DNA of 64,000 nucleotides. Source: Eledone cirrhosa (taxonomy: Eukaryota). Below are positions 1 through 12,285 of the stretch, piece after piece. Location: NCBI GenBank assembly GCA_964016885.1, contig OZ024765.1, positions 20,150,001 to 20,214,000 on the forward strand, written 5' to 3'. How positions within the stretch are numbered: position 1 is the stretch's first letter; each line of letters begins with the position of its first letter. The translations under genes were made by a program, and so were the position numbers. The notes beneath the pieces were generated by a model. It ran no database searches, was not told the origin of the DNA, and was given only the letters and a program-made list of their open reading frames with translations.

Positions 1-559
1 ACCACCACCACCACTACTACTACCACCACCGACACTACTACTACCATCACCACTACTACCACCACCACCACCACCACCACTAGACATAATTACTACCACC
101 ACCATCACTACTACTACCACCACTACCACCACCACTACTACTACCACCACCAACACCACTTCTTTCTGGAGCGAGAGACCCCTAGTCTTCATTAAGACAT
201 CTCTGTAGGAGAAGGTCACTCTGATATAAAACCTGTCACTTAGTTGACATCCAATGGTGGAGACCAGTTCTACTTTCTGGTTAAATACATTCGATGCTCA
301 GAGACTGGGATTGGCTCCGTGCAAAGCCTTTCTTCACTTAATAAGGCTTCAAACACAGGCATTGCTTGATATGTGACATATATTGCGATGCATGGTGTTG
401 CTGACCACAGGCAAGTCCCTAACAGGATTAAACGCCACGTCTGCGATGCTTATACTTAAGTATCAAGTGATGGCATTACTTGAAATTGATTTTCAGGCAT
501 CATATACACACACACATATGTATATACACATGTATACACACACACATATATATATATAT

Positions 560-913
560 GGAGGCACATGGCTTAGTGGTTAGAGCATTGGCCTTGCAAT
601 CGAAAGGTTGTGAGTTCAATTCTCAGACCGGGTGATGTGTTGTTTCCTTGAGCAAGACACTTTATTTCACATTGCTCCAGCTTACTCAGCTGTAGAAATG
701 AGATGATAGGGACTGGGGTCCATATCATTCCACTGTAAAGTGGTCGTGGAGGTGCCACGGCAAAAAAGCACCCATCACTCACTGTAAATGAGGTTGGTGT
801 TAGGAAGGGCATCCAGCTGTAGAAATCAAGCCAGAATCAGTTCCCGTCCCACCCTTGCAAGCAGGGAAAAAGCGGACGTAAAATGAAATGATGATGATGA
901 TGATGATGATGAT
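560..913 (+). mobile_element. tRNA-derived SINE (CORE-like body, RTE-derived tail)
   Basis: A box TGGCTTAGTGG, B box GAGTTCAATTC, ccttgagcaagacactt core, (GAT)n tail; 11 near-identical copies in window. Confidence 0.92.
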
Positions 914-1158
914 GTAGAAGTTATATTTAATTTGTTGGGATACAACAAGCAAATATTTTTATAACTGATATAAAGCACTCAACAAATTTTTGGAGTAAAA
1001 ATATAATATATTAACAAATGGAAACTATATTTATAAAACCATATTTATTTCATTTTACATATTTCAAGGACACCAAAGCAAATTCTGGTGCGCTTTCATC
1101 AGATAAAATATAATATATAAGGGTATGTCAATATTTGTTTATAAACTGATCTATATTA

Positions 1159-1223
1159 TATTTTATCTGATGAAAGCGTACCATAATTTGCTTTGGTGTC
1201 CTTGAAATATGTATAATGAAATA
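1159..1223 (+). ncRNA. Type I hammerhead ribozyme motif, family A (inverted copy about 1045-1110; tandem copies 1481-1546 and 1804-1869 have GGAA instead of GAAA)
   Basis: tattttat-CTGATGA-stemII-GAAA-tatgta-TA-atgaaata. Confidence 0.75.
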
Positions 1224-1942
1224 AATATGGTTTTATAAATATAGTTTCCATTTGTTAATATATTGTATATATATATATTTTTTTTCCCTTACATATCCTC
1301 TTCCAACAGTTTAATTTAAATAAACCGTTATCTTTTCAACTTTTCGGACACTCATTTGCATACTCACTCATAACTTTGTATCACCCTCAATAAAAGATTA
1401 TCTCCACTATCCAGGAAGCTCCAACCGTTAAGGTTGTCTTTTTTCCGGGTATGTCAATATTTATTTATAAAGCAAATCTGTATTTTATCTGATGAAAGCG
1501 CACCATAATTTACCTTCGTGGCCCTTGGAATATATATAATAAAATAAATTTGGTTTTATAAATATAGTTTCCATTTGTTAATATATTGTATATATATATA
1601 TTTTTTTTCCCTTACATATCCTCTTCCAACAGTTTAATTTAAATAAACCGTTATCTTTTCAACTTTTCGGACACTCATTTGCATACTCACTCATAACTTT
1701 GTATCACCCTCAATAAAAGATTATCTCCACTATCCAGGAAGCTCCAACCGTTAAGGTTGTCTTTTTTCCGGGTATGTCAATATTTATTTATAAAGCAAAT
1801 CTGTATTTTATCTGATGAAAGCGCACCATAATTTACCTTCGTGGCCCTTGGAATATATATAATAAAATAAATTTGGTTTTATAAATATAGTTTCCATTTA
1901 TTAATATATTGTGTATTTACTCCACTAAACTGTTGAGTGCTT

Positions 1943-2215
1943 TCAAAGTAAGAAAACAGCACAGTTCCTATGACTTTCAGAAACATTTTTTCACGCTCAG
2001 AGTTGCTGAAGCATGGAACAAACTACCTGCATCAGTTGTTAGCTGTCGAGACACTGCATCCTTTAAGGCCTCCATGCTTCCCGAGATCCGCCAACACTAC
2101 AGCTAACACATACACACATGTACTTCCCTGACATTTGTGTATTATTCTATGTACTATATTGACGAGTTGTAGTGCACCTGAGCACTTTACACAATAATTT
2201 CATTATTATTATTAT
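1943..2215 (+). mobile_element. CR1-clade LINE 3' end with (ATT)n tail, inserted into the tail of a foldback element
   Basis: HFFTLRVAEAWNKLPASVV motif; splits gagtgctttatatcagtt, seen intact near 14240. Confidence 0.85.
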
Positions 2216-2279
2216 TTTTATATCAGTTATAAAAATGTTTAAGCTTGTTGAATCCCAACAAATTAAATATAACCTCTGC

Positions 2280-2343
<64 letters not shown>

Positions 2344-2384
2344 TAGTTTCAGAAGATCTCGTTAGCATTTTTCATAAGCTGATA

Positions 2385-4495
2385 CTTCTCTCCACCCCCC
2401 ACCCTCTCTCTAACCTTACTCTTTCTACACCTCCTACCCTCTCTCTAACCTTACTCTGTCTCCACCTCCCACCCTCTCTCTAACCTTACTCTCTCTCCAC
2501 CTCCCACCCTCTCTCTAACCTTACTCTTTCTCCACCTCCCACCCTCTCTCTAACCTTACTCTTTCTACACCTCCTACCCTCTCTCTAACCTTACTCTGTC
2601 TCCACCTCCCACCCTCTCTCTAACCTTACTCTTTCTCCACCTCCCACCCTCTCTCTAACCTTACTCTTTCTACACCTCCCACCCTCTCTCTAACCTTACT
2701 CTCTCCACCTCCCACCCTCTCTCTAACCTTACTCTCTCTCCACCTCCCACTAACCTTACTCTCTCCACCTCCCACCCTCTCTCTAACCTTACTCTCTCCA
2801 CCTCCCACCCTCTCTCTAACCTTACTCTCTCTCCACCTCCCACTAACCTTACTCTCTCCACCTCCCACCCTCTCTCTAACCTTACTCTCTCCACCTCCCA
2901 CCCTCTCTCTAACCTTACTCTCTCTCCACCTCCCACTAACCTTACTCTCTCCACCTCCCACCCTCTCTCTAACCTTACTCTCTCCACCTCCCACCCTCTC
3001 TCTAACCTTACTCTCTCCACCTCCCACCCTCTCTCTAACCTTACTCTCTCCACCTCCCACCCTCTCTCTAACCTTACTCTCTCCACCTCCCACCCTCTCT
3101 CTAACCTTACTCTCTCCACCTCCCACCCTCTCTCTAACCTTACTCTCTCCACCTCCCACCCTCTCTCTAACCTTACTCTCTCTCCACCTCCCACTAACCT
3201 TACTCTCTCCACCTCCCACCCTCTCTCTAACCTTACTCTCTCCACCTCCCACCCTCTCTCTAACCTTACTCTCTCTCCACCTCCCACTAACCTTACTCTC
3301 TCCACCTCCCACCCTCTCTCTAACCTTACTCTCTCTCCACCTCCCACTAACCTTACTCTCTCCACCTCCCACCCTCTCTCTAACCTTACTCTCTCCACCT
3401 CCCACCCTCTCTCTAACCTTACTCTCTCTCCACCTCCCACTAACCTTACTCTCTCCACCTCCCACCCTCTCTCTAACCTTACTCTCTCCACCTCCCACCC
3501 TCTCTCTAACCTTACTCTCTCTCCACCTCCCACTAACCTTACTCTCTCCACCTCCCACCCTCTCTCTAACCTTACTCTCTCCACCTCCCACCCTCTCTCT
3601 AACCTTACTCTCTCTCCACCTCCCACTAACCTTACTCTCTCCACCTCCCACCCTCTCTCTAACCTTACTCTCTCCACCTCCCACCCTCTCTCTAACCTTA
3701 CTCTCTCCACCTCCCACCCTCTCTCTAACCTTACTCTCTCCACCTCCCACCCTCTCTCTAACCTTACTCTCTCCACCTCCCACCCTCTCTCTAACCTTAC
3801 TCTCTCCACCTCCCACCCTCTCTCTAACCTTACTCTCTCCACCTCCCACCCTCTCTCTAACCTTACTCTCTCTCCACCTCCCACTAACCTTACTCTCTCC
3901 ACCTCCCACCCTCTCTCTAACCTTACTCTCTCCACCTCCCACCCTCTCTCTAACCTTACTCTCTCTCCACCTCCCACTAACCTTACTCTCTCCACCTCCC
4001 ACCCTCTCTCTAACCTTACTCTCTCTCCACCTCCCACTAACCTTACTCTCTCCACCTCCCACCCTCTCTCTAACCTTACTCTCTCCACCTCCCACCCTCT
4101 CTCTAACCTTACTCTTTCTACACCTCCCACCCTCTCTCTAACCTTACTCTCTCTCCACCTCCCACTAACCTTACTCTCTCCACCTCCCACCCTCTCTCTA
4201 ACCTTACTCTCTCCACCTCCCACCCTCTCCCTAACCTTACTCTCTCCCACCCTCTCTCTAACCTTACTCTCTCTCCACCTCCCACTAACCTTACTCTCTC
4301 CACCTCCCACCCTCTCTCTAACCTTACTCTCTCCACCTCCCACCCTCTCCCTAACCTTACTCTCTCCCACCCTCCCTCTAACCTTACTCTCTCTCTCTCT
4401 CTCTCTCCACCGCCCACCCTCTCTCTACCTCTCACCCTCCCTCTAACCTTACTCTCTCCCACCCTCCCTCTAACCTTACTCTCTCTCTCTCTCTC
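2385..4495 (+). repeat. Pyrimidine-rich minisatellite, 33/27-bp units (ctaaccttactctctccacctcccaccctctct)
   Basis: Roughly 65-70 tandem units. Confidence 0.97.
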
Positions 4496-4500
4496 TTCAG

Positions 4501-4603
4501 TTGACCATTCTGAGAGACGTAAGAAGGAATGGCTACCCTCCATGATGTTGATAATAAAGAGGAACCTACCGAGGGAGGCTGCAGAGTGGCCAGACAAGGA
4601 AGT
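4501..4603 (+). CDS. LRRC46: LRRC46-like gene, first visible internal exon (phase 1 to 2): (V)DHSERRKKEWLPSMMLIIKRNLPREAAEWPDKE(V)
   Basis: Long pyrimidine tract + ttcag acceptor at 4500, donor GT|gtgaga at 4604; open frame; LIIKRNL resembles the N-terminal LITKRNL of vertebrate LRRC46 as recalled; phase matches next exon. Confidence 0.8.
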
Positions 4604-4753
4604 GTGAGATACTTAACTACTACATTGTGGCCATGCTGGGGCACTGCTTTCTCTCACTAGACTGTGGCCATGCTGGGGCACTGCTTTCTCTCACTAGACT
4701 GTGGCCATGCTGGGGTAACGTTTTCATCAAGGGATTTAGCCATCTCTCTCTCT

Positions 4754-4792
<39 letters not shown>

Positions 4793-4836
4793 TAACCCAT
4801 GCTAGCGTGGAAGATGAACGTTAAACAAAGATGATG

Positions 4837-4905
<69 letters not shown>

Positions 4906-5093
4906 ACGAAGGAAATGTGGTAAGGAACCAGGTGGACCATAACGCACCAAAGTACTCAATACTTAGGGTAGTAGAGTGGGTAATAGGAACGAGTAGGACC
5001 CCGACGGCTGAGCTCAAGCCGTTTCGACGGCTAATTCTGGACTGAATTAGCCGTCGAAACGGCTTTACCTCAGCCGTCGGGGTTCTACTCGTT

Positions 5094-5155
<62 letters not shown>

Positions 5156-5159
5156 TATA

Positions 5160-5620
5160 TTTCTTTATTAGCCACAGGGGCACAAAAGAAGGGGACAAAT
5201 ACAAAGGGGGAAGTTTACATACAATAAAAACGTGTAAAATGTTATCACAAATGGAATTTAAAAGTTAGTCGATTTTCCCCAATAGAGGGAGACAGTTTAT
5301 ATGGGTACACACATACCCCCGAAAAAAAATGTGCAACCCTCATCTCCAGGAGTACGAAGAGCTTGTACTCCTTTCCTCTCCTCCTCCTTTTCCTCAACCT
5401 ACAGGCTGATATAGAGAGAAGGCCCATTCACTCGGGCCATTCTCGCCACTTTCACCCACCTTTCATAAAACTTGCTGGGGTACAGCACCTCTCTCTCCAT
5501 CCTGATTCTTCTTCCAAAGTGGTATTTGATAGATAGATAGATAGGTAGACATGTACTGGGGTACAGCACCTCTCTCTCCATCCTGATTCTTCTTCCAAAG
5601 TGGTATTTGAAAAAAAGAAT
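5160..5620 (-). mobile_element. Probable L1/Tx1-like LINE 3' remnant (related remnant about 46200-46620)
   Basis: Minus frame FKYHFGRRIRMEREVLYPSKFYERWVKVAR resembles Tx1-type ORF2 C-termini; internal duplication 5477-5528/5555-5608. Confidence 0.5.
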
Positions 5621-5765
5621 CAGTTATATATAGATAGATATATAGATAGATAGATAGATATATATATATAGATAGATAGATGTATATATAGATAGATATA
5701 TATATAGATATAGATATAGATAGATAGATATATCTATAGATAGATAGATATATCTATAGATAGAT

Positions 5766-5796
<31 letters not shown>

Positions 5797-6139
5797 TATA
5801 TATAGATAGATAGATAGATATAGATATAGATATAGATAGATAGATATATCTATAGATAGATAGATATATCTATAGATAGATAGATATATCTATAGATAGA
5901 TAGATATATATATAGATAGGTAGATATATAGATAGATATACATATATATATGTATATATGCACAGATATATACATATATATATATGTACACATATATCAT
6001 AATCATTTAACATCCATCTTCCACGCTAGCATACATATGTACACATATATACATATATATATATAAAAGGTAAACAGAAATAATAAAATAAATGGTACAG
6101 AAATATATTAGTTTAATGCTTGAATTAGCAGGGAGATAG

Positions 6140-6175
6140 TCTTAACGTTTTGGACACTAGTCCTTCATCAGAAGA
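6140..6175 (-). ncRNA. Degenerate minimal Penelope-type hammerhead motif, family G
   Basis: Minus strand tctt-CTGATGA-a-ggac/gtcc-AAAA-cg-TT-aaga; GAAA to AAAA fits CpG decay. Confidence 0.55.
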
Positions 6176-6344
6176 TAGAGGTATAAATAGAAGATAAATA
6201 AATACAAATTAACTACCTTGTGTATTGTCTGTCTGTTGACCACTGGTCACTGGTCTGTCCTCTGAAGCATGTTTACCCCTCACAGTCTTTGGCAGCTGTT
6301 GGCTGATTTAATGGCTATTCTAGTGATAATTTTTCTCATTTCAT

Positions 6345-6688
6345 CATTTCATCATCATTTCATTTTACGTCGTCCACTTTTCCCTGCTTGCAAGGGTGGG
6401 ACGGGAACTGATTCTGGCTTGATTTCTACAGCTGGATGCCCTTCCTAACACCTACCTCATTTACAGTGAGTGCTGGGTGCTTTTTTGCCGTGGCACCTCC
6501 ACGACCACTTTGCAGTGGAATGATAGGGACCCCAGTCCCTATCATCTCATTTCTACAGCTGAGTAAACTGGAGCAATGTGAAATAAAGTGTCTTGCTCAA
6601 GGAAACAACACATCACCCGGTCTGAGAATTGAACTCACAACCTTTCGATTGCAAGGCCAATGCTCTAACCACTAAGCCATGTGCCTCC
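6345..6688 (-). mobile_element. tRNA-derived SINE copy
   Basis: Reverse complement of 560-913. Confidence 0.92.
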
Positions 6689-6880
6689 ATTTATATATAT
6701 ATAGATACAAATACACTCTCACTTCATCGCAATCAGAGACAACATTGTTTTTTCATTATATATAATTGGTGTAGGATGCTTAAAGCGGCTGTATGGGGTA
6801 GGCCGTTTGAGTACTCGATGTATAATATCGCGTAAGAAATGGAGAATCAGTGGTGCGACGAATTAAAATTTATTAGACAT

Positions 6881-7210
6881 GGAGGCACATGGCTTAGTGG
6901 TTAGAGCATTGGCCTTGCAATCGAAAGGTTGTGAGTTCAATTCTCAGACCGGGTGATGTGTTGTTTCCTTGAGCAAGACACTTTATTTCACATTGCTCCA
7001 GTTTACTCAGCTGTAGAAATGAGATGATAGGGACTGGGGTACCTATCATTCCACTGCAAAGTGGTCGTGGAGGTGCCACGGCAAAAAAGCACCCAGCACT
7101 CACTGTAAATGAGGTTGGTGTTAGGAAGGGCATCCAGCTGTAGAAATCAAGCCAGAATCAGTTCCCGTCCCACCCTTGCAAGCAGGGAAAAGTGGACGAC
7201 GTAAAATGAA
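6881..7210 (+). mobile_element. tRNA-derived SINE copy
   Basis: Matches 560-913. Confidence 0.92.
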
Positions 7211-7249
7211 AATACTACAATGGTTTGGTAACTCTGCTTAGAAGACTCG

Positions 7250-7346
7250 AGATGTATCTGAGGATCTCGCGATTTCAGAGTCAGGTTCAATCATTGCATC
7301 GATCGTGCCTCGAGCTGGTCGACTGAGAAACGATTGTAATATGTCT
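7250..7346 (+). ncRNA. Hammerhead motif with long degenerate stem II, family E
   Basis: agatgtat-CTGAGGA-(62 nt)-GAAA-cgattg-TA-atatgtct; 8-bp stem I with two GU pairs. Confidence 0.55.
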
Positions 7347-7389
7347 AATAAATTTTAATTCATCACACCACTGATTCTCTGTTTCTTAT

Positions 7390-7428
<39 letters not shown>

Positions 7429-7646
7429 GAAGGAATTCCGTCGGAAAGGTCCAGGAAAAAAGAGTGCTCTATGTAGGTTACAGAGCTTATTAGTTATGTA
7501 ATAAACAACATAAGATAATTATTTCATTTACCAGTTGTTTCTTGAAAGCAAACAAATCTGCTTTCAGTCGTCAGAATTAAAAAAATCCTGGTGTTTTTAT
7601 TGAATGTGGATTTGAAAACCCACATTCAATAAAAACACCAGGATTT

Positions 7647-7706
7647 TTTCATTCTGATGACTGAAAGCAGATTTGTTTGCTTTCAAGAAACCACTGGAAA
7701 ATGTAA
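7647..7706 (+). ncRNA. Hammerhead motif, family D, in foldback 7491-7737
   Basis: CTGATGA-ct-gaaagcaga/tttgctttc-aa-GAAA-ccactgg; the inverted arm retains the TA cleavage site and aatgaaa stem I strand. Confidence 0.65.
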
Positions 7707-7748
7707 TAATTATCTTATGTTGTTTATTACATAACTATATATATATAT

Positions 7749-8411
7749 ATTATATTATATTTAGAGTTGTAAACTCAAACAGTCCTTTACGATTAATGAG
7801 CTCAAAGAAAGAAGCATTTCTGAGCCGTGAAATACAAGTTAATATAAATTAATATATGATAAACACAAAAGTGTTTGTATTGTAAAAGACGAAGTTAGTT
7901 AAAATGAAATAAACTAATTCAAATAAAAATATAGATTGCCTGTCTTGATCTAAACTAATAAATCAATAAAAGCAAACCCATATTGGCAAATAGCCGTGGT
8001 ACCTGGACAAATTTAAATTTCAAAATCCAAACCTTTTCCGCAGATCAATCTGAACTTCAAAATCCAAACAAGTTTCGCAAACGATAGTATAAAAAGTGAA
8101 ATATTCCAATTTTCTGTGCTTATCAACAGGTACCCAGAAAAATTAGCATACTTCACCTTGAAAAAATTTTGGAGGTCTGGTTACTAGCGCAAACGCACGA
8201 GGTATTTGCACTAGGTTTTCCAGCTCACCAGCTATCTCATATTCATGGCGCTAGAAATAACAGCCGTTTATATGGGATTAAAAATTAGCTCAACAGTATG
8301 GAGCCATAATATTATATTATATTTAGAGTTGTAAACTCAAACAGTCCTTTACGATTAATTAGCTCAAAGAAAGAAGCATTTCTGAACCGTGAAATACAAG
8401 TTAATATAAAT
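7749..8411. repeat. About 100-bp direct repeats (7749-7850, 8309-8411) flanking about 460 bp
   Basis: attatatttagagttgtaaactcaaacagtcc...gttaatataaat present twice; (TA)n flanks. Confidence 0.8.
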
Positions 8412-8587
8412 ATATATATTATAGATGTTATTCGAACAGGGCTCCAGTTCGATGACTGAAACCAGTAAAAGAATGTAAACTTTTATTGATTCATTTCTTT
8501 CTCTTATCATATTAGTGTTGTTGTTGTTGTTGTTGTCTCTCACCTGGATACCTGTTTGTTAATCTCTCAACTGTTTTCTCGTTAAAG

Positions 8588-8702
8588 TCTAGATGGCGTA
8601 GCTAAGATTTCTCACCTGCAGCTGGACGGGGAAGCAGTCAATGAAATTGATTTTACTCACTTCATGGATGAGGATGTTCTCACCAATATGTACCTTCAGA
8701 AT
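8588..8702 (+). CDS. LRRC46: LRRC46-like exon (phase 2 to 0): LDGVAKISHLQLDGEAVNEIDFTHFMDEDVLTNMYLQN
   Basis: ttttctcgttaaag acceptor, AAT|gtatgt donor; LRR pattern (LxLD, LTNMYLQN) continuing into NKI of next exon. Confidence 0.85.
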
Positions 8703-9015
8703 GTATGTATAATTATATATATATACACATATATATATGTATCTGTACCTTCAGAATGTATGTATAATTATGTATATATATATATATATATATCTGTACC
8801 TTCAGAATGTATGTATAATTATATATATATGTATCTGTACCTTTAGAATATATGTATAATTATATATATATATAGACATATATATATATGTATCTGTACC
8901 TTCAGAATGTATGTATAATTATATATATATATATATATGTATCTGTACCTTCAGAATGTATGTATAATTATATATATATATATATACATATGTATCTGTA
9001 CCTTCAGAATGGATG
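8690..9015 (+). repeat. Minisatellite of about 50-bp units built from the exon end/5' splice site
   Basis: Seven units of gtaccttcagaatgtatgtataatt(at)n. Confidence 0.9.
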
Positions 9016-9334
9016 TATATATATATATATATAGTAATAATAATAAAGTTGAAGACTAAAATCCAAAGAGGGCTCAATAAGGATAAATATATATCAAATA
9101 TATATGAACCGTAGAGCATATTGGTACCACAACATTGAGTCTGAAATAAATGAGTGCCACGATTAAGCAAGGGAAGTAACTCTTTATGCAATTGTAGTTA
9201 CCTCCCTTGAATATTTTACTACCGGACAATGTTTAGTGATACTACGCATGATAGAATACCGTGTGGTCTCGCTTTATGGCTGCGAAGATGAGTTTCAAGT
9301 CCAGCTTTGCTGGGGCATGTCAACGCCATAGGAG

Positions 9335-9475
9335 CTGGACCATCTTAAAAGCACTATAGGCCCCCGAGCAAGGCAGAGCACTGGTGCCCCTACCTGCACA
9401 ACCACTCACAGGAATAAAATTACAAATGGGCCCCGGGCAACTGCCCAGCGTGCCCATGCGTTAAGACGACCCTGC
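9335..9475. mobile_element. Short hAT-like MITE remnant
   Basis: Ends ctggaccatcttaa ... ttaagacgaccctg are imperfect inverted repeats with GC-rich ggcccc subterminal motifs. Confidence 0.45.
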
Positions 9476-10364
9476 ATAGGAGGACCTTCGCTGTCTGGAA
9501 GTGCAACAGTAATGCCCTTCCTCACATCCCTCTTTACTTTCTCGTATTTGATTCGAGATGCCTCAAAGGCAACTTTTCCCTCATATAGTCTTTCTCCATT
9601 TATTACGATCAGCAGCTACGTTTTCTCATGTATCAGCAGAGATGTTAGTGTCTTTCAAAGAGGCTTATACCTCTTTTTTGGTTTATGTGGAGCTCGTTTT
9701 CCTTTAACTAACTCTCCATAAATATACACATACATACATATGTTACATGGTGGCTGCCAACTCCTTTTCGAGTACGGCCACTACTTTATATCCATGTAGG
9801 GGAACCCCTACCGATGCGCTGAACGAGTGTGACTTTTTAGTCCAGCCAGTGACTTGAAAACTCTGGTACAAACACTACACTTGTGACAATTATTGACACA
9901 TACTGCTGGGCTCATGGTACCATGTGACGACAAGTGCAGAGAGATCTCCAGATATAAAGCAATGCCTGTGCCGTGAAGCTTTTATAGTGAGCAAAGGCAC
10001 TGCACAAAGCCAGTCCCACTCTCTTAACCAAGATGATATTTACCAAAAAGAAGAACAAGTCAACATCATTGGATACCATCAGGGTTGCAGGTGTTATATT
10101 AGAGTTTTCCTTTTCCTAGAATTCTGCCTTGACAAAGGCTAAGGGGTCATCTTTCCCGGTGATTTTGGATGGCCATTGACTCTGAAGAGCTCCTTTGCCC
10201 TTTGACAGGTTTTGTTTTTAGTCCTGCAGGATGTCCAAAGCCACCCTCCTCAACAAGAAACCTTGGTGGGGTTGCCAGTTTAGTCGCCAACGACCCGACC
10301 ATGAGACAGGTTGTACTGGGATACATGTTACCAGTAGCACCAACTGGTGACCTGACATATATAT

Positions 10365-10413
<49 letters not shown>

Positions 10414-10695
10414 TACATATATACATATACTCATACATATACACATACACATATGTATATATATATACATACATATACACATGCATACATACATATATAT
10501 ATATATATATACAATATTTTAATAAATGGAAACTATATTTATAAAACCATATTTATATAGTTTCCATTTATTAATATATTGTATATTTACTCCACTAAAC
10601 TGTTGAATGCTTTATATCAGTTATAAAAATGTTTAAGCTTGTTGAATTCCAACAAATTAAATATAACCTCTGCATATATATATATATATATTTAT

Positions 10696-10851
10696 TTATA
10701 AGAAGAAATTAAAAGATGGTTAAAAAAGTTCCATGTATTTTATTATGCGCATTTCAAAAACAAATACCATCCAAGTTGATATTTGTTTTTGAAATGCGCA
10801 TAATAAAATACATGGAACTTTTTTAGCCATCTTTTAATTTCTTCTTATATA
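10696..10851. repeat. Foldback element; right arm carries hammerhead 3' half GAAA-tgcgca-TA-ataaaata, tail with ctgttgagtgc
   Basis: About 72-bp inverted arms around a short loop. Confidence 0.8.
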
Positions 10852-11111
10852 TACTCCAGTCCAATAAACTGTTGAGTGCTACTTATCCGATATTTGCATT
10901 GCTTTATTGTGCTACAATAAAACTCACCTCCTACATTATATATATATATATATACGATATTAAATAAATGGAAACTATATTTATAAAACCATATTTATTT
11001 CATTATATATATTTCAGGGATATCATATTAAAAATATGGTATGCCTTCATCAGACAAAATACAATATAAACAGTCTTATAAATAGATAGATTTGACATAC
11101 TGTTTATATTG

Positions 11112-11177
11112 TATTTTGTCTGATGAAGGCATACCATATTTTTAATATGATATCCCTGAAATATATATAATGAAATA
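11112..11177 (+). ncRNA. Type I hammerhead motif, family A variant (also 16156-16221)
   Basis: tattttgt-CTGATGA-aggcataccatat..atatgatatccct-GAAA-tatata-TA-atgaaata; lies in foldback 10952-11222. Confidence 0.75.
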
Positions 11178-11516
11178 AATATGGTTTTATAAATATAGTT
11201 TCCATTTGTTTAATATCGTAAATATACTCCAAATACTTGTTGAGTGCTTTTATATCAGTTATAAATATTTACTCGTTGTAACCCAACAATTTAAATAAAA
11301 CTTTGCATATATATATATATTAAATCTCCTCTACGATAACCCTTCTACCTTTGTTTTGTTTTCATTTTCATTTTCACTTTTCTCCTATTTCTCACTCACT
11401 TCTTACCTCGAGATTTCCCATCTGCATTGTTGTGGCTTTCTAAACTACATATATATATATATATATACGCACACACTTACATATATATGTGTGTGTGTGT
11501 TTATATATAAATATTT

Positions 11517-11557
<41 letters not shown>

Positions 11558-11642
11558 AGTTTTAATATAGATGAGATTCTACAGGACTAGAACTGTTTCA
11601 TTCTTTAGAAATCATCAGGAATCATCATTTAGAAATCATCAG

Positions 11643-11695
11643 GAGATTCCTGATGATTTCTAAAGAATGAAACAGTTCTAGTCCTGTAGAATCTC
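11643..11695 (+). ncRNA. Type I hammerhead motif, family B
   Basis: gagattc-CTGATGA-tttctaaagaat-GAAA-cag(ttctagtc)ctg-TA-gaatctc; perfect stems I and III; lies in foldback 11557-11711. Confidence 0.85.
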
Positions 11696-11776
11696 ATCTA
11701 TATTAAAACTTTTATACTCTGCAATGTATTGAGTACCTTACTTACTGTGGTTACCTCCGATTCAACCCGGAATAAC

Positions 11777-11830
<54 letters not shown>

Positions 11831-11876
11831 TCTAACCCATGCTAGCGTGGAAGATAGCCGTTAAACGATGATGATG

Positions 11877-12012
<136 letters not shown>

Positions 12013-12038
12013 CATATCTCTCTTTTCTTTGTTTCCAG

Positions 12039-12195
12039 AATAAAATCAAACAACTTCGGAACTTTGAAATACTCTCAAACCTTCAACTGCTAAACTTGTC
12101 GAACAATGAAATAGAATTTGTTGAGAATCTATCAAAACTTCATCAACTGGCATTTCTAGACTTGTCCAATAATTACATCTCTCATATAGACATTG
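12039..12195 (+). CDS. LRRC46: LRRC46-like exon (phase 0 to 1): [52 protein letters not shown]
   Basis: tcttttctttgtttccag acceptor, G|gtaag donor; SDS22-like LRR units (LxxLxLSNNxI). Confidence 0.93.
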
Positions 12196-12254
12196 GTAAG
12201 ATATCTGTGTGAGAAATACAAGGTGACATGGCTGAGATATATGGCTGCTAATGT

Positions 12255-12285
<31 letters not shown>

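Noticed and set aside
560-635. tRNA genes at SINE heads
   Set aside because: A/B boxes present but no complete cloverleaf; always fused to SINE body and tail.
573-812. Recurrent 79-aa [11 protein letters not shown] family
   Set aside because: Antisense frame of young SINE copies; recurrence reflects copy identity.
2626-4597. Long Gly/Glu/Arg-rich ORFs
   Set aside because: Antisense translation of the intronic pyrimidine minisatellite.
8020-8075. Hammerhead-like strings here (minus) and near 7425-7475 and 24795-24835
   Set aside because: Core mismatches and no convincing stem I.
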